Below, one piece after another: positions 1 through 12,771 of a DNA stretch of 64,000 bases (the first letter of the stretch is position 1; each line of letters begins with the position of its first letter). Made by a program: the position numbers and the translations under genes. The stretch is from Glaucostegus cemiculus. Taxonomy: Eukaryota. The stretch lies in assembly GCA_976551045.1 (NCBI GenBank), contig CDPCPM010000125.1:124001-188000 (forward strand). Reading direction: 5' to 3'. A model generated the notes under the pieces. That model saw only the letters and a list, made by a program, of their open reading frames with translations, was not told the DNA's origin and made no database searches.

Positions 1-123
1 GGTGAATTTAGCTGCCTGTACGTCTGCTGGGACGTGATGAGAAAAATCAATTTGAATGCTGGTTTTCTGATTTGTGAGCTAGGCAAATAGAACGTTGGTG
101 AGCTGTGGTGATTTCAGACAGAT

Positions 124-195
124 TCCCTGGTGGTCTATTGGTTAGGATTCAGCGCTTTCACAGCCGCGGCCCGGGTTGGATTACCGGCCAGGGAA
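124..195 (+). pseudogene. trnE: tRNA-Glu(TTC), degenerate
   Basis: 72-nt match; A-box (tattgg), anticodon stem and B-box (ggttggatta) substitutions. Confidence 0.8.
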
Positions 196-307
196 GTTAC
201 TTTTGGAAGCTGTGACAAGTGACAAGTGATAACTTTCGGAATCTTCATCTGCACCAGAAACCAGTGATTTGTCAGTCAACGTCTCTTCTGGATACAGTCA
301 GCACGGC

Positions 308-1330
308 GTGATCTTATTGAAGAGTGGAGCGGGTCGAGCTCTAGACTGATCTCCTCCTGTGGTGTTTCTGTGGTTTTGATCGGTTTTCTATATTAGTAAC
401 GATGTATGTCGATGTGAGACCAGTCAGGGTCCCAATGCCATCTGAAAAAAAATGAAAGGATCTAACATTAAATCAGAGAAAATTATCTCTCTTTCTCCGC
501 GGCTGTGAGAGCACCGAATCCTAACCACGAGGCCACCAGGGAACCTGACAAATAATACATATCCAGCCAACCACGGAAAAGGCTTTCGCACAATAGTGTC
601 TGTGCGAGAACAGCAGCCCGAGTGCAAAGCATCCTGTCGTGAAAATCTGTCTCAGGCTGTTTCTCAATCACTATTTCTTTGAAACAAACTCAGTGAAAAA
701 TCATGCACTTGTCAAATCCTCATCTCGACACTGACAGGCGATCATTAAAAATCTTCGACTCACATTCCAGTCAGATATTTTTCACGCTTTCCAATCGTAT
801 GCAACCTCCGTAACTGGAGAACAATTAACTCTTTATTTTTTTCAACACGGCCCCAATACGTTTTGATTCCAAACACGAAAGGACAGACACTCCTTTCACG
901 TCATGTGGAGATTTCTGATGATTGATGAATTGGATTCACTGTGGCTATTTACCCCACGCCACCAGTTATCCATTCATTATGATCTGCCAACTGACAATAT
1001 TCACCTTGAAATTCTTAGCCCTCAAGTCTTTCAATCTGTGCGTCTGTTTCCTTCCAAGTCGCAATCACGCGAGACTTACTCTGTTATTTAGCAACTGTCT
1101 AATGGGTCGGGACTGCAGCTGACTGATTGCGAGATGAGGGCGACGGATACGAGTGGGATGAGAGCTGGTTCATCTATGACCAAGATCTATCAACTCAGCT
1201 ACTAACTTACAGGCAGAGAGGCCAGTTTCCAGCACGATAGCAGGCTCACTCTGTGGAGGATGCCGTGCTGACTGTATCCAGAAGAGACGTTGACTGACAT
1301 ATCACTGTTTTCTGGTGCAGATGAAGATTC
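308..1330 (-). other. ~1-kb inversion at the left end of cassette 1
   Basis: Reverse complement reads: TTC spacer, truncated tRNA-Glu(CTC), then the cassette start as seen on + at 16766-16999. Confidence 0.85.
497..542 (-). pseudogene. trnE: tRNA-Glu(CTC) 5' fragment (nt 1-46)
   Basis: Reverse complement tccctggtggcctcgtggttaggattcggtgctctcacagccgcgg, then unrelated agaaagagagataatt. Confidence 0.85.
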
Positions 1331-2386
1331 TCACTGGAGGAGACCTTCACTCAGCATCAATCCCTCTTTCATTATTTGCCTCCATTTTTATCTGTCTCCG
1401 AAGCTGCAGTAACATTTGTCCCAAAATGTTCGCCTTTGATCTCTATGCCAGACGCTTCATGTGGGAAATATCACGGTGAAGCTGGGCACTGCTCCATCAC
1501 AGGAAAACCGCGCCTCATGTATGAGATAACCACCCAGCCTCACTCCCAAAGTTCTTTCCTCTTTATTAACCCCCCGCCCGACCCCCACCAATATCAATTT
1601 TTGAGGGATCATGAGAACGTAAGAACATGGAGCAGCAGCGGGCCGCAAGGCCGATCAAGGATGCTCCGCACTTAATATCATCGTTCCTCCCAATGGGAAC
1701 CCGCCTCATGAAATGTCGTTGCACCGAGATCAATCCCTGAGTCAGGGATAGATTGAAAACTATAATAATCAAATCAACAACAGTGACAGCCAGGTCGAGA
1801 GTGGTGACCTGCCCTCAATCTATAACCATATCCAGCGCTGGCGACACAAATTCTCATCCCTGAACAAACGCTCGGTTGTTGGGCTTAGTCTCTTTCATTT
1901 GAACGTGTAGTTCTCATCACTAATCCACACGTTGCACAGAACGGCAGGAAAATTCACCAACACACATTCCAAACGGGAGGTTCTCTTGTAGAAGTTCGCC
2001 TGAAATATTTATTCGCTGTTGAGTCAGTCTGACACTGCGAACAGCCGCTGTGTGTCGAGTGGTAAATGCCGAGGGCGTCTCCCACTCTCAGCTCCGTTTC
2101 TCCGGAGATCAAGAAATTCCACTCTCTTTCCGAGGGCTTTGTTTCTCTACTGTTTCACCACACGTAACAGCTACTCAATGAGAGCTGGACAGAAAAGAGT
2201 TAATGGCATTTGTTTGTTCAGTGTGTGTGACTAGTCAGTGACACCAATTCCATCCGGAGAGGTTTGCTCTGCTGTTAATAGCGGTGTCTGTCCAACGTGT
2301 CCTCACAGCGCGTCAGCGAGAGCTTCCCCACTTCAAACCGGAGAATTAACAAGCTTCAAACACGGGGAATTGTTGTCGATGAAACA

Positions 2387-2465
2387 ATGTCGCTTGATAT
2401 CTATTCTTTTTCTGATTATTTTGAGGAAGTATACTTCCCTGTGCTCGCTTCCATCGCTGTTCCAG
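2387..2465 (+). pseudogene. Exon 1 of GPR139/GPR142-like GPCR copy 1 (MSLDIYSFSDYFEEVYFPVLASIAVP)
   Basis: ATG at 2387; YFPVLA..VP is the family-typical TM1 start; donor CAG/GTATG; phase 1 matches the acceptor at 4477/4478. Confidence 0.8.
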
Positions 2466-2850
2466 GTATGCACCTGTAATGGGAGTATTGAATCCGCAGA
2501 ACATGACTTGTTCTGCCAGCGTTCATTCAACTCGCTCTCAGTGGATATGCATATTAGATCCACGTTTCGCACTCGGCTTGGCGGATTTTTAACTTTTAGT
2601 TTTATTACTGCAGACGTTTCAGTTAGTTCCAAGTTCGGTAAATTTCAGGTCCTCGGTTTCCTGCACCTCATTATTGTCCGTTAAGGTGAAGATAATCGGT
2701 CGCTTCTTTAAAGTAACTGGGAACGAAAACTCCGCTCAAAACGGGGAGATGTCCCAGTCTGGCGGCTGCGCCATCGGACGTCAGTGAGAGCGTCTCGCTG
2801 GTACCTGGAGAATCGGCAGCTTCAAAACACACTGGCGCTCACACTCACAT

Positions 2851-2909
2851 GCTCTCTCTCTGTCTCTGTCTCTGTGGGTGTCTCTCTCTCTCTCTCACAC
2901 ACACACACA
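2851..2909. repeat. (TC)n(AC)n microsatellite
   Basis: Directly visible. Confidence 0.85.
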
Positions 2910-4477
2910 AACAAGAAAACATTCTTAGATGTAAACAGACGCAGACACCTAATGTGTTTTTCTTCATTTCATTCAGAGTCCGTGAACCCACCTGTCACAA
3001 ACACCTCCTGTTTTTTTGCGGGCCGTTACATTCACTTACCTCGATGTGAATCTTGTGGAGTCGTTATTCTGCTCCGAACTGAATGAAGTCCAACTCCAAA
3101 GTCTCGCCCCTTCACTCACACCACCGTTCTATTTTTTTTTAATGTGAAGGGAATTGTTTGCTTTCCGAAGTTAAAGCGAACCCACATTTCCGATTCCGCT
3201 CGACGCAGGGAGACATCCGACAGTGAGGCACTCGTTTGGTTCTGTGGAGCTCAGTAAAATGTCAAAATATTTCACTCAGTCTCCGGGTCCGACCGCACGG
3301 ATCACGTTCCTCCACCCGGCGTGAGGATGAATATTTTTCCCGATGCTTTCACAATACAAACACGAATGTTGTAGTCTGTCAGAGAGCATGTCACTGCGCT
3401 GTACGTTCTGCCTGTTATTTTTCGATCGTTGGCCGAAATCATCTCTATCAACGTAAGATTATGCATGTGCCGTTCGTCGCTCCACTGTGAATTTGACCCT
3501 GTGATGTAGCGTGTGTGTGAGGAATCCCGGGAGTTTCCAGAGTTGACAGTCCCCGGGTTCTAACAGACCCTGAGTGACGGTAATGTTACAACAGCTCTGG
3601 TTGTTGCAGTGATACCTCTGGGATGTCTCCAATGTTAAGAGCTCGACTGTGATTTACATTGGAAAATGACAACACAATTGAAACATCTTCTGCAATTTAA
3701 GGTCCCGCCGCTAGACGACAATTTCCCATCCGAGAACCAAAGACAATTACCCCGGTACGAAAAAAAATTGTTGGGAACACGCATCAGGTCAAGAAGCGTC
3801 ACTGGAAAATGAATCCGAGTGAACGTTTCAGGGCGAAAGTGTGAACGCTGTTTCTCTTTCTACTGACGCGACCTCGACTGCTCAACCTTTGCGGCATTTG
3901 TGTTTTAGCTTGATCGTGCGTTCTTTAGGTCCATATTTTGAGTGGATTTGGAGAGAAATGAACATGTTATGAGGGGTCACGGACAAGAAGCAGAAACGTT
4001 GTCTAATTCCCCGGACTAACGCAGGGTCACCGGGTGACGAGCAGAAACAGCAACCTCAGCTGATGTCCCCACACTGACCCAGGGACATGGGCAATGATCA
4101 GAAGCGGTGAATTTCCCTCAATCACTGACATTACCTGGGCACACCGAGGTGTCTTCTGATCTCCGTTGTGAACTCGTGGCTCTCGATCTCCATGTACCTG
4201 TTGTAATTTATGGTTCTATGAAGTGGAAGATGAACACGCGGCAGACAGCGACATCAGTCGGTCACGCTGGAACGGCTCTTTCTGATCTGCAGTCTCATCT
4301 CCAATATTAAACACCATTCACTGATTTAATGTCTGATCAGTTATCCGGTGTCCAAAGGGTAACCCGGTAATAATTTAACTATTTATCTGTGCCACGAACA
4401 TGAAAGGTAATACTAATTCAAACGAGTAACTGCGTTTCATATTGTTGTACAAATTCAATTTGTATTTCTCTTCTCAG

Positions 4478-5372
4478 TCAATGCCGTGACCATCGTGATC
4501 CTGTCGCGGGGGAGGTGCGGTCTCTCCAAGTGCGTCACTCGCTACCTGGTGGCCATGCAGTGACGGACCTTCTGGTCACTGTCCTCGACCTGATACTGCG
4601 GCACATCCCAACTGCTTACTGGCAACAGTTTTCATTCCTGTTTTACACTCGCCGGTGTCAGACCCACGCCTTCCTACCGAATGTATCCACGGACTGTTCT
4701 GTCTGGTTCACCATGGCGTTCTCCTTTGATCGGTTTGTGGCTATTTGTTGCCAGAAGCTGAAAACAAAATATTGCACCGAGAGAACGGCGGCAGTGGTTC
4801 TGGGGACGGTGACTGTGCTTATCTATTTCAAGGACATCACCTGGTATTTTCTGCTCGCAGATGAATATAGTTCAGTTGACTACCCAAATATCTGTTATGT
4901 CTCGGCCAATACTTTGTATTCAGAGGTCTGGGGAATGATTGAGCTCTTCCACGAGATCCTCACCCCTGTGGTCCCATATGTCCTAGTTCGGCTGCTCAAT
5001 GTTTTAACCATCAGACACATTTCAGTGGCGAGCAGAGCCCGCAGGAGACTGCGGGGAAACTGCAGCGGGGAGGGTGTCAGAGACCCGGAGATGCAGAGTC
5101 GCAGGAAATCCATGATTTTACTGCTGCTTATCTCCGCTAATTTCATCCTCTTATGGCTGATGCACATCGTGTACAATCTGTGGTGGCAATTGTATTGGTT
5201 TTGGTTCTATGTGTATCCACTTTACTGGTTACAAATGGGATTCTGGTTCCAGCTCCTGAATTGTTGCACGAACACTCTGCTTGATGCCGTGGCGCAGAAT
5301 ATGTTCCGGCAGCAGCTGAAGCTTGTGCTGAGATTTGCCCGAACCCTCGTTCTAAAATACATCGGAAGATAA
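4478..5372 (+). pseudogene. Exon 2 of GPR139/GPR142-like class A GPCR copy 1, frameshifted
   Basis: Acceptor tttctcttctcAG; VNAVTIVILSRGRCGLSKC, TDCSVWFT..FSFDRFVAICC, SRRKSMILL, CCTNT. One G missing at ~4557 (atgcagtga vs atggcagtga in copy 2) gives TGA at 4561. Confidence 0.85.
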
Positions 5373-5607
5373 CGGGGCCGGAATAATCGGGAGGAGCAGA
5401 ACTCGTCCACGTCTCGTATTCTCACTGTCGCTGCTCCACAGGCTGCGCTGCCCGTTCCGCCACGGTCTCATAATGTAGATTCACACTGACTCTGTGCGAA
5501 CATCTGAGTAGTCAACATTATGCCCTGACACGGTCCACAGTCTGCGGGGTGTGTTCACTGGAGATTTCGCTCTCCCGATTTTGTGCAATCGCTGCCCCTT
5601 GACTTTC

Positions 5608-5880
5608 GTTCTCTCTGCCTCTCTGTCTCTCCCTCTCTCTCTGTCTCATCACTCTCTCCCTCTCCCTCCCTCTCTGTCATGCTCTCCCTCTCCCTCTCTC
5701 TTTTTCCCTCTCTTCCTCCCTCTCCGTCTTTTTCTCCCTCGCTCTCTCTCCCTCTCTCTATCTCCCCCGGTCTCTCTTTCTGTTCTCAGCTTCCTACTCT
5801 TTCCGTGCTGTCCCGCTGCCCTCACTCCCCTCACCTCCTCCCCGTCCTTCCCCCTCACACTCTCATCCTCTCCCCTCTCG
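5608..5880. repeat. CT-rich low-complexity tract
   Basis: Directly visible; paralog at ~21675-21935. Confidence 0.8.
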
Positions 5881-6604
5881 TGTAAATATTGTAATGTAAC
5901 CGTTTTATATAATAAATGTATTTTATGTTTTCCTTGTGAATGCTGGTTATGTGCCTGTGATGGTTTTTCATTGCACCTGTGCATTAGTGTACTGCGTTCA
6001 TGACAATAAAATCGACTTCGACTTTCGCCTTTCACTCTTTCTCTCACTTTCTCCTTGTTTCCCAAGCGATCCCCACACTGACATCGCTCCCGTCACACAC
6101 AAAGTGCAGACATGCACAAGTGCAAACATGTGCGGGTAAAATAACTGATAAAAAACACACAGACACCGGATCTCCATAACGCTCTCACCCACACAGCGGC
6201 GCACACAAACACCCCAGCACCACAGTCGAGCGCAGACGGACGTCGACATAAATGAAAATAAACAAAGAAAGACACAGTGACACATCTGCTTTCGAATGTC
6301 CACTGACGTTTACATGTCTCAGCCTCTCATCTTTCACAGTTTCCCTCTCTGAGACAATATTCTGCCTCCCTCCCCGCTCACGGTGTGTTCGGCAGCAACA
6401 CTGTCCGCACCGGGGCGAAACACCCGGCAGTCGGAAAGATCAGAAGAGAGAGAGAGAGAGAGAGAACATTCTGATAGACGGAGAGAAGATGGAGGGTGGC
6501 GGAGAGAGAGAGGGAGAGAAAAAGTGAGGGGAAAAAGAAGGGGGGAGAGAAAGACGGGATGAGGTGGATTCTGAACGGCCCACCTTTGGACCCTTTAAAT
6601 CCTG

Positions 6605-6638
6605 CACGCACACGCACACACACACACACACACACACG
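6605..6638. repeat. (CA)n microsatellite
   Basis: Directly visible. Confidence 0.85.
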
Positions 6639-6899
6639 TAAACACTCCCAATAATTCACTCAAACAGATGGCAAGGGAAAGTGCTGTCTTGCAGTCCCAG
6701 CTACTCCCATACAATCCAATCCGCCGGTGCTGTCTGTGTGAAGTTTGCCCGTCCTCTCGGTAACATCGACTATTTTCGCAGATGCTCCATTCTCTTCCAC
6801 ATCCCAATGACATGCGGACTATGTGAGATTTAGCCAGAATCTGTTGCCGGGTGTGGTTGGACGTGACGTAGATTGTGAGAGGGCTTGATGGGAATGCGA

Positions 6900-7690
6900 T
6901 TAGTGCACGATTAAGGCAGTGGCATCAATGACCTAGTCGACTGGATTCGAAATCGGCTTGACACTGGGATACCACGACTAGTGGTGGAGGGTGCAGTTCT
7001 GATTGGTCTGTGACTAGTAGGGTTCCACAGTGATCAGTGCTGGAACATCAGTCCGTGATTTCTAAATAATTGGGAAGAAAGTACAAGTGGGCTGATTAGT
7101 AGATTGGCAGACAATAAGAAAATTGCCGGGAAGGTGTACAGGGAGGAAGGATGTCAAAATGTAATGCATTTGGAAATATGCGCAGAGAAGTAGCAAATGG
7201 GATTTAATATGGAGCAATACGAGACGTTGCACATTGGGAGCTGAAATATTGTTGGAAAGTATGCAATCAATTATACAGATCTTTGGGAATATTATTGTTG
7301 AGAGGCATCTTGGGGTGTAAATCCTTAGGTCCCTGGAAGTGATAGCGCCAGCAGTTTGGGTTGTAATGAAGCCATCCGGGATACTTGCCTTACAGGTCAT
7401 GGCGTTGAGTATAAACGTTTGGAAGTCATGTGGTAGGTGTAAATAACTTTGATTGGGCCACAATTAGAATGTTGTGCAAAGTTGTGCTCTCCGATTACAG
7501 GAAAGATGTGGACGCTTTGGGAAGGGTGCAAAGAGGTTCACTAGGATGCTGCCTGGATTCGAGAACATTAGCGATATGGAGAGTTTGGAAAATTGGAATG
7601 CTTTCTCTGGAGCGATGGAGGACGAGCAGCCATCTGATTGAAGAAAATTGCATTCTCGGATGCACACAAAGTGGAGATGTTTAGGGTTTC
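6900..7690 (+). mobile_element. Decayed CR1 LINE ORF2 (RT C-terminal part)
   Basis: gtgactagtagggttccacagtgatcagtgctgg (VTSGVPQGSVL-like), YRKDVDALGRVQR, LSLERWR; boundaries approximate. Confidence 0.75.
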
Positions 7691-7699
7691 TGTTCCAGT

Positions 7700-8900
7700 G
7701 TGGGATGTTGATTTGCCAGTCCTGTCATTCTTTCAGTTGCGTCCCAGCGACAGCAGCAACACCACATTCCCATGCCTTGACAATGCTGTCAAGTTCATCT
7801 GCCTCATCAGTCAGACCCCTTGCACTTAACACAGCTGTATTCAGCCATTCCATCCTTCCACACGCCTTGTCACACTGACGTCTGCTCTGCCCACTCGAAC
7901 GACCTAGTGTTTCTATGGTTGACTGAACCTCACTTCAACTGTACACCTACTCTGTGTCCCACCCGTTGCCAAATTAAGTTCGAACCACCCCAACAGCACG
8001 AGCAACGCCTCCAAACGCCCCAGTAGGCGTATTGAACCAGTTAAGCTGCAACCCTTCCTGCAGGTACAATCCCACCTACCCCAGAAAGTTTCCCAATGAT
8101 CTAAAGCCCCCCAAAGCCCGCCAAGCACCTAAACCTCTCCCGTCCATGCAGAAACACAGTTATGCTGACCTGTCTGTCCTTTCCTGTGGTTACCAGCAGG
8201 TGGCTCTGGCAGTAATCCAGAGAGGACAACCTCAGAGGTCCCTCTCTTTAATCTGCTCCCTAACTCCCTACGTTCACGGTGCTGGACCAACAACAAGGTG
8301 AGTGGTAGGAGATATAAGGGGGATCTGAGAGGTATTTTCTTTACACAGAGAGTGTTTTTTATCTGGAACGCTCTGCCAGAGGAGTTGGTGGAATCAGATA
8401 ATTCACTTCATTTAAGAGACAATTAGACCAACGTCTGAATACGTGAGGGAAAAGGAACGAATGCGGGCGTGGAGCAATGCAGATGAGCGAAAAAGTCGGC
8501 CCGGAGGCGGTGGACCAAAGGGCCCGATTCTATGCTGTACAACTCCATAATTCAATGACTCTATGAGCTCAACCCCTTTTCTACCCGTGGCGCTAGTGCC
8601 GACCTGTATCACGGCCACTGACTGTTCACTCTCGCCATTCAGCCGCTCTATGACATCACATCCCGGCACCAGGAAGCTAAAGTCCTGTTCGAGTCTCGTT
8701 CGTAGCTGCAGAAACAACTCGCTGCTTTCCCTACAACTGAAACCCTGTCACCCCCAACCAAGCAGCCCCATGCGCAGCAGAGCCAATCGAGTTGTTACAA
8801 ACTTGAATGTTGTTGCTTTCCGTCAGGAGGCCAATCCCCTGCTCCCCCAGCAGTATCTAACATGTTATAACTGTTTAAGAGGGGAGTGTTTACAGAGAAC
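7700..8900 (-). mobile_element. Decayed CR1 ORF1 (SGNH esterase) region, split by a + strand CR1 3' fragment (~8297-8566)
   Basis: LDHWETFWGRWD and VPGCDVIERLNGESEQSVAVIQVGT resemble CR1 ORF1 esterase motifs; the nested piece has FFTQRV..WNALP-type DNA and a gactctatga tail. Confidence 0.65.
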
Positions 8901-8949
8901 TCCCGCACTACCACACACACGTGCCACTCCCCCTGTGTGCACAGATCAT

Positions 8950-9620
8950 TAAAAGTGACCGGTCGGGTTGAGAAAGCAGATAATACGGCATGGAATATCC
9001 TGCGTTTTATCATCAAAATCCCAGGCTATGAATAAACAAGGAAACGTCGTGTTGAATCTTTATAAAACACTGAGCCTGCCTCACCTGGAGTATTGTGTTC
9101 GAATCTGGGAAGGGTGTGAGGGCGTGCCAGAGGGTCCAGAAAAGTTTTACTAGAGTGGCTCTTCGGGTGCGAGTCTGTAGTCAGAAGAGCCGATCAGAGG
9201 CTGCAGCTGACTTCTGTAAAGAATAAAGGAAAGAGGGGTGATATGACCGAAGAACAAGAGGTAACGAGGTGGATGGACAGATTGGAGAGCGGGCAGCAGT
9301 GCCCTCTGGCGGCCGTGTCGAGGATGAGTTGTAACAGGAATGAAACAAAGAGGAAATCACTGAAGAGTGACATGAAGAGAGATCGGTGGTTGGAATCTGG
9401 AAGGCGCATCCTGCAGGTGTGTTGGAGGCAGGTTCCACTGTGACCTTCAGGAGGGAATAGGATGAGTATACAGTGGGAAATATTAGGAGAACGTGCCAGT
9501 GGGTGGGTAGAAGGTGCTCTGGTAGAGAGCCGGCATGGATATGTTAAAGCCAGAGAGACATCGAGTTACTCACCACTGAAAGAGGCTCTTCGGCCCCAAT
9601 CACCGACGGACCTAACGTCC
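8950..9620 (+). mobile_element. Decayed CR1 3' ORF2 fragment
   Basis: LNLYKTLSLPHLEYCVRIW motif. Confidence 0.6.
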
Positions 9621-9819
9621 TCCTTCTGTGCTATAACTCTTGTCTGATCTCGTCTGGTCTCTCTCTCCCACACGTGGTAGCAGACCGTGGCTCTCTTTTA
9701 GAAGTATGCCTTTTGTGATAATTATCAAAAAAATAGTCAACTCCCCGGAAACTGTCCTTTCAGATATTTTGCGCCTGTCCTATCCGTCCACAGCAGCTGT
9801 TCGTGTCCCCATTTTATAC

Positions 9820-10900
9820 AGATTCAGATTAGTTCAGGTTTCATTGTCATATTCTTGAGTCGAGTGAAGCTCACAGAGTTCACAGTCGTCATTGTAATAA
9901 ACACAACATTGAATACAATAAGCAATACCTTGAGCGCAAAACAGCGGAAAGATCCAAACTAAAGTAGTGCAAAATGAAATACTGAGGTGACAATAACAGC
10001 AGAGGTAGAATTCAGGTTTCAAGATTGCGGCTGCAGCACCGGGAAGGGGATGTGAAAGAGCTGGTTGGTTCAGGGGTCTGACCGCAGTGGGGAAGAAGCT
10101 GTTCTTGATTTGGTTGTCCGGGATTTCAAGCGCCCTATCTTCTCCTCGCAGGTAGGAGAGAGAAAAGGGAATGGCCTGGGTGGCGGGCGCTCTTGATGAT
10201 ACCGTTCGCCTTCCTGATGCAATGCACCACGAAGGTGGTCTTGATAGAAGTAAGTGAGTCTGTGACAGATAGGGCGGTGTTACCGCTCTCTGCAGGTTCC
10301 ATCGGTCCAGAGCAGAGCAGGTGCGATCACAGGCTGAGGTGCAACCTATCGCGATGGTTTCTGTTGGGCATCTGTAAAAGTTCAAGAGAATCCTCGTGGA
10401 CAGGCCGATGCACCTTCTAAGAACCTCCTACGGAAGTAAATACGTCGATGCACTTTCCTGATCACCGCATCAGTGTGGGGGCGACCCGGAGATGTTGCTT
10501 GCGATATGGATGTCTCGGAACTATAATCTGTCGACCATCTCTACAGCAGCTCTGTTGATGAGGACAGGGCTGTGTTCACCCACGCCCGCTTTCTTTGCGT
10601 CAACAACCAACTCTTTTCTCTTGCTGATGTTAGCGAGGAGGTTGTTGTTCTAGCACCATGAGAGAAGGTTTACCATGTTTCCTGTACTCTGTCTCATCAT
10701 TGCTGATCCGGGTGATAACAGAGGTGTCACCGGCGAAATGGAAAATCGATTTGGCACTGCATTTGGCCTCACGAGTATGGGTGTATAGGAAGTCGAGCAG
10801 GGGCCTGTGCACTCCATACTGGGGAGCACCTGTTGTAAGGGTCAGAGTCCAGAAGGCGGTCAGCATGTCCAGAGGCCAGTTCCGAGGGCAGACCATTGCA
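9820..10900 (-). mobile_element. 5'-truncated Rex1/Babar-like LINE, decayed
   Basis: TGAPQYGVHRPLLDFLYTH, IFHFAGDT (decayed TGAPQGCVLSPLLY / KFADDT), KNSFFPTAVRPLN; short-repeat tail near 9820. Confidence 0.7.
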
Positions 10901-11451
10901 TACAGAGGAAAATGCAGTGGTTTGTTTTGCAGGTGTAACGTTAGACAAGAACGTTAATTCCATCGAATTTTGCTGTTGAATCACAGGCGATTAATTGTCT
11001 ATTAGAAAATCTGGTCATTTGGACGCAGCTCAAGAAACGACAATTGAATAATGTAATTCGTTTACATCTATAATATTGCAAGACATAACATGAGATATTT
11101 GTTCAATTTGCAGTGTACAAACAGTTTTACATGCATTTTGACTTTACTTCAATGCTAACCTCTTCTCAAGCATCCACGTGCCTCTGTGTCCCAACTCACC
11201 ACTAGCACCCCTACTCCCCTCAACGGGTTCGATCTGCCCGTTGTCCTTCACCCTTGCTCGGTCCACTAATCCCTTTGACCCCTGTCTAACTCCTCCCCTC
11301 TCTTTATATTGCTATGTTCCCTGCACGCTTAGTCCTGATGCACGGCAATTATATACCCAGAAACTGCTGGGAGGTGGACAGAGCCTCTTATATGCTCGGC
11401 TGGATATAAATGAAAGCCATTTTTGGTCTGCGTGGGTTGGATTTGTCAGGT

Positions 11452-11523
11452 TCCCTGGTGGTCTAGTGGTTAGGATACGGCGCTCTCACCGCCGCGGCCC
11501 GGGTTCGATTCCCGGCCGGGGAA
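11452..11523 (+). tRNA. trnE: tRNA-Glu(CTC), near intact
   Basis: Two minor substitutions; A and B boxes intact; TTTT terminator downstream. Confidence 0.85.
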
Positions 11524-12699
11524 GTGTGTTTTGGTAACTGGAATTCGTCAGTATCTTCGGAGCAGCAGCCACTGGTCCAGCATCCGCTCTGCTGACACAA
11601 TGCTTCTGCCAGCGGAATGATCAAGGTGTCTTCCACTTCGCTGTAAAGCTCCGGGACATGCTAGCGAATATTAGAATGCATAAGTCGAGTGGATTTTTAT
11701 CCACTTTGACCAAACAGAAACGGGCACCGGTCTCAGCCATGAATGAGGTGTGAAGCCAACGAGTTGGCTCAAGTGTAGAGATGTCACTGGACGTACGGCT
11801 GATCAGAGGGTACAATTTGACTTGGTTGATTTGCGAATCTGCACACTGCTTCAGACCCCTGAGCCGATATCTTGTAAAAGGAGCCCATTCTCAGTAAATC
11901 AGTCTGTCCTCTGACAACTACTTCCGAATTCATCGGACGAAACCAGGCAATCTTACGCGAACACAGGGGATGGAGTACAGTGCACCAAATAGCGGGAATT
12001 GTAACACCTGCTCATGGTACAGCTGTAACGGCTCGGCGGCAGTTCTTGCAGTCGTGCCGGCCTGGGGCCCTGCATGGTGTGTGTGTGTGCCATTTCAGAT
12101 CAGGTCAACTGGACATTGTTAGCTGATGGCGTCGACATCTGGTGAATGTTCATTGAATAAACATCGTCTGTGCCCGTCAGTTCATGTCAAGCAAAATTCA
12201 TAAATTGAATTGTAGGAAATCTCGTGGAGTATACCAGAAGAAAGATCTTTGATTGTCGAAAGGTGACTTAATCGGATGCGGCCTTTTAAAATAAAACTGC
12301 GGAAAAGGCCGGTCCGTAACATGAAAGAAAGGCATGGCGTTGGTTCAACTGCGCATGTACGGAAGGTATCGCAGCAATGAAGAAGGCAGGGCAAAGTGCT
12401 GACGAGCTTGAAGTGAAGATGTGGGAAACGGAAGATGGTAGATGTTTGAGACGATATTGGCGACAGAGGATCCCAGCGAAGCAGCTTTGACCCCTGTGCA
12501 TGTTTAGAAAGGTGGAGGCTTCGCTTGCAGCTTGTGTGAAAATATAAGATCAGTGTCCAGTTGGAGATTCCATTTGGAGCGAATTTAACTGCTTGTACGT
12601 CTGCTGGGAGGTGATGAGAAAATAATTTTGAATAATTACTTTCTGATTTGTGAGCTTGGCAAAGAGAATGTTGGTGAGCTGTGGTACTTTCAGTCAGAC

Positions 12700-12771
12700 T
12701 CCCTGGTGGTCTAGTGGTTAGGATTCGGCGCTTTCACCGCCGCGGCCCGGGTTCGATTCCCGGTCAGGGAA
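12700..12771 (+). tRNA. trnE: tRNA-Glu(TTC), intact
   Basis: Perfect consensus, TTC anticodon, TTTT terminator at 12777. Confidence 0.95.

Larger units (their letters stand above)
308..11341 (+). repeat. Segmental duplication copy 1 (GPCR cassette)
   Basis: Colinear, highly similar sequence to 16812-27502 (e.g. near-identical ORF-track peptides at 2019 and 17910). Confidence 0.92.

Noticed and set aside
2441-2451. GTGCTCGCTTC matching the U6 snRNA 5' end
   Set aside because: Only 11 nt, and it lies inside GPCR exon 1 (codons VLAS)
4515-4557. ORF-track N-terminus MRSLQVRHSLPGGH of the 285-aa ORF
   Set aside because: Wrong frame caused by the 1-bp deletion; the true frame is CGLSKCVTRYLVAM
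5551-6659. Ser/Leu/Pro- and Arg/Glu-rich ORFs
   Set aside because: Translations of CT/GA/CA low-complexity tracts
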